This document shows, in pieces, positions 40,815-53,446 of a stretch of DNA of 64,000 nucleotides. The position numbers and the translations under genes are program-made. The DNA comes from Eledone cirrhosa (taxonomy: Eukaryota). The notes below the pieces were generated by a model that saw only the letters and a list, made by a program, of their open reading frames with translations, searched no databases and was not told the DNA's origin. The stretch spans positions 285,138,001 to 285,202,000 of the forward strand of contig OZ024742.1 of the NCBI GenBank assembly GCA_964016885.1, written 5' to 3'. Within the stretch, counting starts at the first letter, position 1. Each line of letters begins with the position of its first letter.

Positions 40815-41390
40815 ACTGTATAGTCTTAGCAATGATATTAGTTGCTTGCAAGTTCACATTTAACACTTCAACATCAGGTCACACATGCTAGGATGTAATA
40901 TATATTCTTGGCAACAACATTAAGATACGCATTCAAAAGGTCACGTCTTATATAGTCTTAACAATGACATCAGATCACATAATATGCAAGCTTGCTGTGT
41001 GTATCCAGTTTAGAATAGCTCCACTATATCTGAGTCCTAAGAGGCACTAAAAGTATCAGTGCTTCAAAAAGGACTATGATGAATATGAAAATTATTTAAG
41101 GTTTAACCCCTGGCTATCAGAGAAAATAGCCTTAAAACAGATGTTATTTATCACATTGTATGCAAGCAGTATATTATAAAACCTTGGTCATGACACTAGG
41201 TCTCAGATTCAATAGCAAGTCACATCGTATGCCAACCATATATTTTAATGTAGTATTGACTGACATCAGGCCACACATTCAACAACAGGTCACATCATAC
41301 ACCAACTATATAATATTATGTAGTATTGACAATGACACTAGGCCACAATCGCATGCCAACCATATAATTATACTAGTCTTGGCAACAGGA
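40815..41390. repeat. Degenerate ~45-75 bp tandem repeat in cyclin A 3' UTR
   Basis: Recurring TAGT(C/A)TTG(G/A)CAATGACA(T/C)(C/T)AGG(T/C)CACA...GTCACATC..CCAAC.ATATA units. Confidence 0.7.
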
Positions 41391-41490
41391 AGAAAATTGT
41401 ATTCGTCTTTCTTTGTTTTTTCAGAATTTTTCTACAAATTCAAAGGGAATGAAGAGGAAGAAGAATGATCGGAAGGTTTTTTTTCTTTAG

Positions 41491-41548
41491 TTATAGGATC
41501 TTGAAATTTTTAATCTGTAACGGGGAAATTGTTGCCACCTTCAAGAAC
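41491..41548 (-). CDS. CCNA: Cyclin A exon 9 (last)
   Basis: ttacag|G TTC...TAA; (K)FLKVATISPLQIKNFKIL*. Confidence 0.9.
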
Positions 41549-42370
41549 CTGTAAAATAAATATAATAATAATAATAATAGTTGTTTCTATTTTAGACACA
41601 AGGCAAGCAATCTGGAGGAAGGGAAGTCAATATTGAACCCTAGTACTTGACTGGCACCTTATTTTAATGCTAGAGAGATTAAAAGCAAAGTTGGCTGACA
41701 GAACTGTAACAAATAGGGACATTTAAACCAAAACTAATGAGATTGAACAAACACAAGGCATTTTTCTGGTGCTCTAACAATTCTGCCAATTCACCATCAT
41801 TAAATTTATTTAGAAGGCCAGCAATTTTGGAGGAATCAAAAAGTCGATTAATCGACTCCAGTACTGAATAGTACTTTATTTTGTCAACCCTAGGAAGGCA
41901 AAGTTGATCTCAGCTGGATATAAAGACTATAAAGACCCAAAACATTTTGTCTGATGCTCCAACAATTCACTGCCCTCAGTAGTAGTAATAATGCCTGCTT
42001 TTCCATGTTGGCATGGGTTGAACGAGTCATTACAGACCAACCCCGTACTTAATCAGAGCTATGTTTAACTTTGATAGATCAGAGAACGTGTCTTGCTCAG
42101 ATTATGTTCCATTTTTATATGGTTCTACAGCCAGATACCCTTAATGCCAACCACTTTACAGAGTGTACTGGGTGCATTTTATCATGGCACTTGCACTACA
42201 GAAGTTCTTGATATGGCAGAAGAGTCCTCACAAACCTTTTTGGGCATAATTTCTACAGCCGAATGCTCTTCCTAACTAACATGAATCACTTCATAGTGTT
42301 TGCCTGATGAGAGAGAGAGAATGTAAAACTTACAAGAGAGAAATAGTGAAGAGACCAAAGCAATACTTAC

Positions 42371-42504
42371 TTCTCAGAACTGTACTTTAAATAAATGGCT
42401 TGCTGTGCATGCTTGCTGGCAGATTTGTGAGTTACATACAATAATTTCACACACGACTGAAAGTCTGACACAGAGTAGCCTGTCAGCTGCTCAAGTTCAT
42501 CAAG
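42371..42504 (-). CDS. CCNA: Cyclin A exon 8
   Basis: ctag|CTT...AA|gtaagt; LDELEQLTGYSVSDFQSCVKLLYVTHKSASKHAQQAIYLKYSSE (cyclin A QQAI..KY motif). Confidence 0.93.
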
Positions 42505-43292
42505 CTAGAGGTATAAAAAACATGAAAAGAGAGAGAGCGGTATAGCAAGGGTGAATATTGATGTCTCATCGAACCACTAAGTTAAGGGACAAGCACACAC
42601 ACGACAGAGTTCTGCATTTTCCACTCACACAGCATTTGTCAGCCTGACACTATAGTAGAAGGCACCTTCCCAAAGTGTCATGCAGTGATATTGAATCTTA
42701 ACCATATTATTGATAAGATTTTTTTTTCTGGTCTAATTATGATCAAGTTTGATAGGCAGAACCAACATACACAAAAGCTATTACCAGCTGAAAAGCTAAT
42801 GAGCCTCAAAGACTCTCTTGGATGGGATGCTAGTCCATTGCAGAGCTAACCTCCTGCAGCTGCTTGTACTCCATTCACTCTAGAATAAATTAAGTGCAAG
42901 GACAACACATCTGGTTTGGGAATCGAACCCACAAGCATATAACTGAATACAACCACTAGGTCATGTTACAGCTCACACATAGGTTTACCTGGCCTCCTGT
43001 AGTTTTTCATCTTATAGGAAATTTGAGAAGTTTTAATGATAGGGGCCCCAGTCATAAAAAGACTTCCTACCTCACCACCCCTGAGTGGATGCCAGTCTGT
43101 TGTAGGTGTTAACATCCAGCTGTTGCAGATACACTCCCAGTTGAGTGACCTGGAGCAATGCAAATGATATTCTTTGCTCAAAGACACAAAGCACCACCCA
43201 GCCTGGAAACTCAACCCACAACTTTATGATGTGAGCTCAACACACTAGCCACTAGCCTTCATATTATCAATAACGGAAAAGAAAAATCTTAC

Positions 43293-43409
43293 CCATGATA
43301 CTTCACTTCCTAATGTTTTGGCAGCAAGGAAGAAAGAGGAAGCTGCAATGATGCTAGGTTTAAACTGGAGGTATGGGTCAGCCTCTAGTAAAGTTAATTC
43401 AAGAAGAAA
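43293..43409 (-). CDS. CCNA: Cyclin A exon 7
   Basis: gcag|TTT...TGG|gtaag; FLLELTLLEADPYLQFKPSIIAASSLFLAAKTLGSEVSW. Confidence 0.95.
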
Positions 43410-43699
43410 CTGCAAGATAATTGAATAAAAGATTTAATTAAACATGGCATAATGATAATGACATATCTATATCCATCCCCAAATAATTTTGTAAATAGTC
43501 AAGAATTTGAAGATATTTAATAAAATAACTAAATTTCTCATTATCGAGTTGATGGCTGGAACTTGTAAAGGTGTTGGAGGGATAAGCACTGGGTGTGTAC
43601 ATCGAAAAATGTAGTAGTGTGAAGTGATTATCAAATGTGGCAGCTATATTTCAGTGTAAAGTGTGTATGAGGGGAGCTGCAGATGAAGTGGACGTTGAG

Positions 43700-44250
43700 C
43701 TGTTGGGAACAGTGTGAAGATGGAAGGTGTGAATATGTTACCTTGAAAGTTCCAGGAACTGAGTGGTGTGTTAATGAGGGGAGTGTTGTGAAGCTGAAAG
43801 GAAAAGTGTATGCTGCATGTGTGAGAAGATTTATAGGAGCAAGACATGGATAATGAACATTCAGCAACAGAAAAGGCTGGAAAAATGGAAATGAGAATGG
43901 TCTGGCGGATGAGTAGAATATCACTAGGAGAGTGGAAGACAAAAAGAATTGCAGAGGATGATAAGAATAGAACCAGTAATGAATGTTAAGAAGAGAAATA
44001 AAACAAGATGGTTGGATCATGTATCAAGGAAGGGTGAAAGTGACCAGACGAGAAGAAATAAAGATGCAATTAGAAGAGAAAAACCAAGAAAGATATGGCT
44101 AAAAATAATGGAGGATAAAATAAAAACCAGGAGCTCTGGTGAAGGGGAATGCAGACAATAGGGAAAAAAGGAACAGTCTGTTATGAGAGCCCACATGGCC
44201 ATCTTCCCTGCTTTAGCTGGTAAGATGGTCTTAAAATATTGTACCAAGTT
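43700..44250 (+). mobile_element. Old RTE 3' fragment in cyclin A intron 6
   Basis: LKGKVYAACV and KTRWLDHVSRK..KPRKIW remnants. Confidence 0.6.
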
Positions 44251-44344
44251 GGTGCTTAAAGTTATTTCAGAAGGAATTTAGACAAATTTGTATTGTAGAA
44301 CCAGGGGTAATTTCAGGTACTGTATTAAAAATATGACAACTTAC

Positions 44345-44476
44345 TCGAGCTAGATACTGAAATTGTGTGTCATCCAACAAAGCTTCATGAAAGTAGTGTT
44401 CCAAGAATGTAGTGGCTGTTGGAACAGCAACAGTGAATGATAACACCTTCAAAATCATTTGTTCCATTTTCAAAAC
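44345..44476 (-). CDS. CCNA: Cyclin A exon 6
   Basis: atag|GTT...CGA|gtaagt; VLKMEQMILKVLSFTVAVPTATTFLEHYFHEALLDDTQFQYLAR. Confidence 0.95.
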
Positions 44477-44839
44477 CTATAAGATACAAATAATTTCATA
44501 AACTACAGAGTGTGCTGAGTGCATTTTATCATGACACCAATCCAAGAAAGGTAATGACCTTGACATGGTTGAAGAGTCACCTCAAACCTTTTGGCATAAT
44601 TTCTACTGCTAGATGCCCTGCAAAATGGCTGATATTAGAAAGAGCATATAACAGTAGAAACCATGCAAAAAACAGAAAAAGGCTGTGAAAAGATTCTTCA
44701 ATCACATCAAAAACATGACAAACTAGTGCTGGTAATAGAATAAAATTTACTCAGTACAATCTAAAATGGTTATTGTTAGGAAAGGCATCAAACTGTAGAA
44801 ACCCCATTAGCAAGTGGGTGTAAAATGACAAACACTAAC

Positions 44840-44915
44840 CTGGCTCCGTGTGTAAGTGTCATCTGTGATATAAACAAATTCTCCAAGATCTGGTGCTTCA
44901 ATTTCTTCAAACTTC
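44840..44915 (-). CDS. CCNA: Cyclin A exon 5
   Basis: ctag|G AAG...CAG|gttagt; KFEEIEAPDLGEFVYITDDTYTRSQ. Confidence 0.95.
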
Positions 44916-46954
44916 CTAGATATGAATTTAAAATGAAAACAGTTGTACATTGAACCTCGTTTTAATTCTTAACAATGATTCAGCATAAAATATTTAACAA
45001 GTTGGTTAATTCAAATATTTATATTTTTACCAGTGGGCAGATTATGAAAATGTGCAAATTCTAATGTGATGCAGTCATAGTGCTGTTTTATACTTTTCAA
45101 GAAAGTCCCGTTATTGTGATTTCATGAAGTACAGGATGTTAATGGTAGATTTCACAATTAACATTTTTTAGTTATAAAATGCACCCTTATTTTGAAGAAA
45201 AATATCAAAATCGGTATTAAAATAAACTAAACTATATGTGCCTATTTAATATGCAGCTTTACTTACACTTGGTTTGTGAACAGTATACTTATATTATGAA
45301 GGCATGTAGTTTAGTGTTTAGGGTATTCGGCTCAGGATCATAAGACCCTGAGTGATTCCTAGACTGGAGAGCATGTGCGTCCTTGAGCAAGACATTATTT
45401 CATCCAGCCCACACTAAAGTGGTTGTGTAGGTGTCACAACTAAAAGTACCCAGTCCACACTATAAGTGATTGTGTAGGAGACGCAGCAAAAAGCATCCAA
45501 CACACCCTGTAAATCCAGCCAGAAACAGTCCTATACAAGCGAGACATGGTCACCCGACCCAACTTGCCTCAAATGGGACAAACCTGTCTAACTCATGCTA
45601 GCATGGAAGATAGATATTAAATGATGTTGATGATAATGTTCCAGTTCACTCAGCTGGCAAAAACGAGTTGTACATGTAAAGGGACAGCCTTCTCACACTA
45701 TATCAAGATGAATCTACCTAACTTGTCAGTGGAATATTCAACTACTTGCATATTAATTTCCCAATATTCGTCAAAACTTGCTACGGTCCAACATATTCAT
45801 AGCTTCAATATATATGATACTGCCCGATTTTGATATGCAATTTGGGTGGGTAAGAAAAATAAATGTATGTTATACACCCGAGTATACGATATTTGTCCTT
45901 GAATCTAAGTAGAGCTGAGCATTTTGCTCTATAAGTGTTCCCCAATTTGGATTCCAAAGAACCTCATGCTTCTGCAAATAAAATGTCTTGATAAAATTCA
46001 ATAAAATTTTATATTTTTTATATGAATAAAATCAAAACAATTTGTTTCATTTAATTCTTTCATTGATATATTTCTAATGAAAGAATGCCTATGATTTTGA
46101 AACTTTATTAAGCTAGTGTTTGGAATATAGCTCAAAAGTTCCCACATAAAATTATGAGGAGGTTTTTAGATAAATATAAACAGTTTTGTATTGTAGTACT
46201 ATGGGCAGTTCAGTATAAAAGGAGTTAATGTTATTAAAATCAAGGTGGTGGCAATTATCTGCAAAATGTAAGTATGAGCATCTCGCTGTATAACCATGTA
46301 ATATAAGCAGCAAGATATGTTATAGGTGATCCAAATCCATGCCAGCATGGAAAGCAGATGTAAAATGATTGTGGGAATCTTGCTCAACAGTCATGAAATA
46401 TGAGTAGTGGGATATGTAAAATCTACTGCAGTTTATGAAAAGTTAGAGTATCTTACTGTATAAGCATGTGGTATGGGCAGTGAGTTATGTGATGTGTGGG
46501 CATCTTGCTATATAGGCAGTGAGGTGTCATCGACAAACCTCAATCAATTACCAGGTTGTTAACTAGAAGGGAAAGCAGATGTTCAAGGATGATGAGAACT
46601 TAGAAATACAGGAAAGAGTGAATATAAGTATTCTTGTAGGCATGTGGAGATAGGTTTGATAAAGACATCTTTAGGTTGCATTCTACACCAGGATGCCAAC
46701 CCTTAAAGGTATCGAACATAACCATTGAGCAACAGGATCTGTTTTGTGCAAAGACATAAAAACCAATTTCTGTGATATCAAATGTGACTAGAGGAGATAA
46801 CTGTACACACCCATCACACCCACATAATGGGCTTCCTTATACTATCTTCCTATTAAATTTCACAAGGCATTATTTAACCTGAGACTATAAAAGAGGCCAT
46901 GCCACGATATAAAACAATAGGCCATATGATTGCAAAGTAAGCTTCTTAACCCTT

Positions 46955-47425
46955 ATTATAGTAATAATAATAATATATAATGAAATTATTGTGTAAAGTG
47001 CTCAGGTGCATGTATAGTACATAAAATAATATACAAATGTCAGCGAAGTGAATAGTGTATGAGTGATGATATACATGTGTGTATGTGTATGGAGGGGGAA
47101 CATTAGGTGTAGTGTTGGCGAATCTCAGGAAGCATGGAGGTTTTAAAGGATGCGGTGTTTCGACAGCTAATAACTGATGCAGGTAGTTTGTTCCATGCTT
47201 CAGCAACTCTGAGCATGAAAAATGTTTCCGAAAGTCATGGGAACTGTGCTGTTTTCTGACTTTGTGGGCATGCCCACGTGTGTTAGACACATGGAAATCA
47301 AAAAGGTACTCAGGGTTGTTGTTGGCAAGATGGTTAATAATTTTGTGGGTGTTTACCAAGTCAGTTGCTAGACGTCGGAGCTTCAAAGTATCCATGCCCA
47401 GGGAAGCAAGGCGGTCAGAGTATGG
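46955..47425 (-). mobile_element. CR1/L2-like LINE 3' end
   Basis: TLKLRRLATDLVNTHKII..NTRGHAHKVRKQH..FRKHF followed by a (TAT)n tail. Confidence 0.8.
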
Positions 47426-48267
47426 CGGCTCTATTACTAAGAATTTGGTTGGGATTTATGAAAATCATTAATTATTAGGGGTTTTTTTCAACACACTGAT
47501 GCCTATGTGTATATGCATACATTTTCATATATGACTATATAAATATAAACGTGCAAATCATTTCATTTTACGTCCACTTTTCCCTGCTTGCAAGGGTGGG
47601 ACGGGAACTGATTCTGGCTTGATTTCTACAGCTGGATGCCCTTCCTAACACCAACCTCATTTACAGTGAGTGCTTTTTTGCAGTGGCACCTCCACGACCA
47701 CTTTACAGTGGAATGATAGGGATCCCAGTCCCTATAATCTCATTTCTACAGCTCAGTAAACTGGAGCAATGTGAAATAAAGTGTCTTGCTCAAGGAAACA
47801 TCACCCGGTCTGAGAATTGAACTCACAAGCTTTCGATTGCAAGGCCAATGCTCTAACCACTAAGCCATGTGCAAATAGACACAAAAATAAACACTCAGAT
47901 ATACATTCACACAAACAGCATAAATGGAACGCCAGCTGCTATTTTGCTATAGTCTTTTTACCACCCCCTGCCTTCCTTTTACACACACACATACATCCAC
48001 GCATGCAGCAGACGTAACGAGAGAGTAGTATGAGGTAGTCAAACTACTCATCTCTTTACGTGTTGCGACAGAATCACAAATTTATATATAGATTTCATTA
48101 TATGGTATTTGTAACATAAATGGTTCTTATATAAAATTATGTTGGGAGATTTTAATTTAAGCAGGAGCACTTTAAATGGGTGATTTTGTTTCATAAAACT
48201 AGAGCTGATTTTGGGCAGTTTGGTATTAAAAGAGTTAAACCCACAAAATAAAAATGGCAAAACTTAC

Positions 48268-48491
48268 GATGCTATAAACATACATGCAGTCCCCAATAGT
48301 TGCAGTTTTCCTCGATTGACAGCCATTACAGAGAGAAATCGATCAATGTAGTTCACTGCCAGGAATAATGTGTCTGAGAGCAATTTGTATTCTTCTGTCA
48401 CCTCAACTAACCAATCCACAAGAATGCTACGCATGCTATGGGTTATATCTGTCTGTTTATTCATATACTGTGGTCTGGGACGGTTCTTCTC
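48268..48491 (-). CDS. CCNA: Cyclin A exon 4 (cyclin box, MRAIL helix)
   Basis: ccag|GAG...TC|gtaagt; [75 protein letters not shown]. Confidence 0.98.
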
Positions 48492-48719
48492 CTGGAAAAG
48501 ATGACATGACAATATTGAAAAAGAAAGAAAAAAAGGAAACTATCATAACCAACCCACAAAAAGTTAGAGCAGGAAGGATGCTGAAATTGTGAGATTTTGG
48601 TGTGTAGAACAAGACTTTATTGTAAAGGCTGATTTAATGAGATGCAGTCAGTGCTGATTTGTAAATTTTCCTAATGTGGTTTTATGTGGTTAATTCATAT
48701 GTTTATAGTATCTTTATTA

Positions 48720-49705
48720 GTGAACAGATGGTTCTATAGAAATAGTGGACAGCTTCCGTTACCTGGGTGATAAAAATCAGCAGTGGGAGAGGGTGCTCTG
48801 AAAGTACAGTAGCTAGAGTCAGAACGGGATGGAAAAAGTTCAGAGAGCTTATACCACTATTGGCCGCTAAAGGGTTCTCTCTAAAAATGAAAGGCAGGCT
48901 GTATGATGCCTGCATATGAACAGCAATGTTACATGGCAGTGAGACCTGGGCATTGTGTGCAGAGGATATACGCAGACTGGAGAGAAACGAAGCTTGCATG
49001 CTCCGCTGGATGTATAATAGTAATATACGTGAACGGCAAAGCATAAACGAACTAAGGGAGAAATTAGAAATAAGAGGGATCAGATGTTTACTCGAGAGAA
49101 GACTACGTTGGTATGGTCACGTGATGTGCATGAAAGACGACAGCTGTATAAAAAAGTGCAGGGCAATAAAAATAGACGGTAGCCACGGAGTAGGCAGACC
49201 CAGAAAAACCTGGGACGACTTGATAAATTCTGACCTCACACACTTACACCTCTCCAAGACAATGTCACCGGGCCGAGAGCTTTGGCGCTACACAGTAATA
49301 GAGAAGACCCGCCTTACCTAAGTACAAAGTGAAACCTACTACAGTCAGTAGGCACCTCTAACAAAATACACCCCCGTCCCACTACCCCCACCCCATCCAC
49401 ACCACCCCTTTCAATGTAAAGTTATGTTGGTGTCACAACATCCAGCCCGAAACAAATGAGGTCGTGTAAGTGTCACGACAAAAAAACACAGTCCACGCTG
49501 TCATGTGGCCGTGTAGGTAACACGGTAAAAACCTCCCAGTTCCGCACTGTAAATTTGGTTGGTGTTAGGAAGGGCATCCAACCGTAGAAAACCCGCCAGA
49601 CAGTCCTATGTGAGCAAGACAACCACTCTTGCCTCAAGTGGGAAAACTCCCGTCCAAACCCATGCAAGCGTGGAATATGGACGTTAAATGATGATGATGA
49701 TGATT
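48720..49705 (+). mobile_element. 5'-truncated RTE LINE in cyclin A intron 3
   Basis: MLHGSETWAL..RRLRWYGHV..GRPRKTW, then 3' UTR and (TGA)n tail. Confidence 0.92.
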
Positions 49706-49853
49706 GTTGTGAAAATTTGCAGTGTTAAAGTAAAGACTTCCATTTTTAATGCAATGCAGTCATAATGCTGTTTTTGTACTTTTCAAGAAAGTCATACTAA
49801 TATGGTTTCATGCTGTACAGGTTATTAAGAGTTAACAGTGAATATCAACTGAC

Positions 49854-49987
49854 CTCTGACTCTCGAATATATTGGAAAATGTCATTTTTATAGGTATCGA
49901 AGGGTGAGAGAGAGCTTATCACATCCTTAGTCTCACAGCTAGGTGACTGTTCTAAGCTCATGTCAAGAACCATCGGTGATTCCATAC
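49854..49987 (-). CDS. CCNA: Cyclin A exon 3
   Basis: gcag|GT...GAG|gtcagt; SMESPMVLDMSLEQSPSCETKDVISSLSPFDTYKNDIFQYIRESE (ESPM and Y..DI..Y.RE motifs). Confidence 0.94.
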
Positions 49988-50164
49988 CTGCAAGATGAAA
50001 AAGAAAGAATAAAACAATGCAAACTTAAATTTTTTCTTGTTTATCATTGGATCACTTGAAAGTGAGTGTATAAGAGCAAGTGAGTAAGTGAAAGACCATG
50101 CACATGAGTGTGTGAGTTAATGTGAGTGAGTACATGTTAAATAAGGACACAAAAATATTCTTAA

Positions 50165-50451
50165 CCTTTTTGACATCAAACTGCCCCAAAACATTCCTGG
50201 TTCTATGAGAAAGTTATTTCATTACTCTTCAAATTTCTGATCAGTGACTTTCATTAGAAATAGGTTAATGAAAGAGTTCAAGCATTTATATTTATCTAAA
50301 AACCTTCCATCATAAATTTAAGAACCTTGGTTAAGTTAAGTTCCAAACACTAGCTTACTTAAGTTATATTACTAGATCCTTTAAAATTATTTGCAAAATT
50401 ATTTGTAAATCATAGGTGATGCAATCCATTAGAAATATGGTAATGAAAGGG
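50165..50451. mobile_element. piggyBac-type MITE (most complete copy of an abundant family)
   Basis: TTAA-CCTTTTTGACATCA...AGAAATATGGTAATGAAAGGG-TTAA; core AACCTTCCATCATAA..AAGAAC..GTTCCAAACAC recurs at many sites. Confidence 0.75.
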
Positions 50452-50470
50452 TTAAATAAATTTAACTTAC

Positions 50471-50714
50471 TCATGTCAAAACTTTGTTTGGGACGATCAA
50501 AGGGTTGTTTTGGCAGTGCAGTAACTGCAGCATGCATCTCAAGTTTGCTGTCAACAGTCATGTCCTTAGAGAATGAAATATCAGATTCTGTGAGAGAGCT
50601 CTCATCACTGTCCACATGGATTTTGAAGCCAGACTTGCGTGGTATGTGGTCATAGTCAGTGACTTTGTATTTCTGTTGAAAACAGTTTTCATCTTGTCCG
50701 GAAACTGGCCCAAG
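50471..50714 (-). CDS. CCNA: Cyclin A exon 2 (ABBA motif)
   Basis: gtag|CTT...A|gtaagt; LGPVSGQDENCFQQKYKVTDYDHIPRKSGFKIHVDSDESS...; FKIHVD matches the cyclin A ABBA motif. Phases fit exons 1 and 3. Confidence 0.92.
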
Positions 50715-52839
50715 CTACATGAAAGAAAAAAAAAAAATGCTAAATTTTCATCAATACATTTGAGATCCTTTTATGTCTGTTTTTCATGTTGCTATGGTCT
50801 GAGACAAGTGCTGGTTGGATAACACCTTGTTTATATTCCATATACAACAGTTTATACCACTGGGTATCCCCTTCCCTTTACGTCATAAGACCTACCATTT
50901 GCTGAGTGTACTGGGTGTATTTTATTGTAGTACCAGCACTACCACTTTACAGAGTGCACATGTTCACTATGCTATATTGTCTCCATTAAGAATTTTTTTT
51001 AGCAATAACTTAGTTCAAACAATTACATTGGCAATATACCTGAGAATAAGAAATTGAAAAATATCTCGTTTGATTCATTAGACTTAAAGATACATATACA
51101 CACATGAGCGCTGCTGAGGTAACCCCAACAAAACCTAACCCCAGCCGTAACTTATATATATGCAATGAATCGGTTCAATTAAACGAAATACTTGCGTATA
51201 ATTTCGAGATAGGTTGTCAACGATTGCTTAATTATCTTAATCTAATGAATCTATGCACCAAAACTTTGATGTTCTAGTTATCACCAACACAGAACACTTT
51301 TGCAGTTTTGGGAGCTGTTACAGGATCGCCTGACCAACTGGAAAGAGTTGCCAAGTCATCCCCTACATAAAAGTTGTTAGGAGTGATCTTTACTAAGCGG
51401 CAAGCAGTTGGTAAACGATGATATCGACATATATGCATGCATATCGATTTCATTGTTTACACTTAGTCTACTAATTACCAAAAATCGACACTTATTAAAA
51501 CCAAATAGAGCCACTTATCTTGCTTCCAATCCCAAACGATGCCCTCTCGCTTCGCCTACATTATTAACTATATTTATATAGTTGGATAACTAGTATTAGC
51601 ATTTAGTTAATACGAATTACGCAGAGGATAGAGTAAGTTAACTCACTACCCATAATCTTTCACTTTCATTTCAGAAGTATGGAAACTGGATATATTTACA
51701 GATCTATCGATTCGATTATTATCGGAATAATTTGTTTAAATAAAAGGGGTCCTTGGCAGTGAAAAGTTTAGGAACCACTAGTTGTGGGAAGGGGGTACAA
51801 AAGTTAAAGGATACGTACTAAAAAAACAAAAAACTTAAATGAAATGTGAAATGAGAGGGGGGTGGGGGTGGTAAACTATCTGTCAAATATGACTAAAGCG
51901 ACTAGTGGCTGTTAATAGGAAGGGGTTGAGGGTGAAAAGGATCAGGCCGCTCGGCGAACCCTACCCGCCACTATTGAAGAACTAAGCTAGAGAAAACGCT
52001 GTACTATTACAAACATACATACACACAACTGACTTTCGGATCTGGAATAATGTTCTACCCCACCCACTTATTAAATTTTGCTAATCTACGGCGAAGTTAT
52101 ATTTTAAGTGATAGCATTCTTGCGACAATCAACTTTCTTTAGACATTAAAAAAACAAAAATAAAACATTACAAGAAATCTCAAACATTATAAAATAAATA
52201 GAATGAGTTGGAGGTCTCAATATGTAAACTAAACGACTAATTCTGGTTTTAAAAAATCAAGGGAGACAATCTAGAAAAATTAACGATTTTCCACCCCACT
52301 ACCCCTCTTATTTGGGACCCGGGAGTAGGTATATGGAGAAAGAAAGCAAAATGAAACTGACGTTCATGCCTTTCTGGATGTAAGTAAAATCGAAACTGGG
52401 CCACGAATTTTACTTTGTGAACCAATAACTCTGAATGGTTAAAATCTTTTACCTCACCATCCCTTGAATTTTATAATGCGTTAGAAACAATGCAAAAAGG
52501 TATGGTTTCGCTTTACTGTAGAATCTTCCAAAGGTAGTTTTGAGTGTGTATGTGTGCGTTTGGCGGTTCACACTAGCAAAATATAGTCGTTCTATATTTC
52601 TTGCAAGCAATCATACACATAAATGGCCGGGAGTCTTTTTAATGAACGTATACGTAAATTAGAGAAAATGCTTATAAAAAAAAAAAGCTTGTTGGTCTAG
52701 CTGGGCACACTAGCAACTTCAAGCTTTTTAGCTATTATGTAAGTACTCAACTGAAACGCTTTATATTGTGATGATTAGAAGAACCACATTGGATTGACTC
52801 AACGAAATAAACATTTTTTTTTTTTATAAGCATAAATAA

Positions 52840-53112
52840 CGTAAAACTGTCTCTCCACCCTACAAAAAACGGTTTTTCTATTGCCGATACTATCTGTAGG
52901 TAGCAACTCCTGGCCAAAGGAGGCCGAATTTGAACACAGAACGCACAGAGCCGTATCAGATACCACAAAGCACTCTTTAACTACCCCGCCAATCCACATT
53001 ATCGATCCGAAAAGGACGACCGGCGAAGTTGGCCTTGGCGGGATTTGAACTCGGGGCATAGAGAGCCGGAACAAATACCAACGCTTTAATAACTCTGCCA
53101 ATTCGCCGCCAT
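52840..53112 (-). mobile_element. tRNA-derived SINE in cyclin A intron 1
   Basis: GGCGGCGAATTGGCAGAG (A-box region)...GAGTTCAAATCCCGCC (B box). Confidence 0.7.
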
Positions 53113-53206
53113 GAACAAACAATGGTCTTAAATACAGCATTTTATATTTGAAAGGGCAACAGAAACAGAACAGCCGCGAGATATACATACACATATATAT
53201 ACTAAC

Positions 53207-53446
53207 CTTTGCATTTCTTAACGGTCGCTTACGTTGTTGGGTTACCGATACATTTTGATCACTACCGACAGCTCGGCTGAGTTCGCCGAGGGCTTCTCGC
53301 TTCTTTTGCTGGTTTCGACCAACACGGGAGACGGCATCGTTCGCAGCCGGGACCTGGTTTTCGTCATTGACTAATGCGCTGTTGCCCTTAAGCATTCTCG
53401 TAGGTTGGACAACCAGTCGGTTGGTGCCGTTGTTGTGAAACGACAT
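53207..53446 (-). CDS. CCNA: Cyclin A exon 1 (start codon, destruction box)
   Basis: ACAATG in good context, ends AAG|gttagt. MSFHNNG...VNDENQ...KREALGELSR (RxxL D-box). Nine exons sum to 1359 nt = 452 aa + stop. Confidence 0.9.

Noticed and set aside
51290-51365. Possible extra cyclin A exon in intron 1
   Set aside because: In-frame stop in the required phase; exons 1 and 2 already join in phase 0.
52799-53206. C-terminal 135 aa of the 215-aa ORF
   Set aside because: Read-through past the donor at 53206 into intron and SINE sequence.
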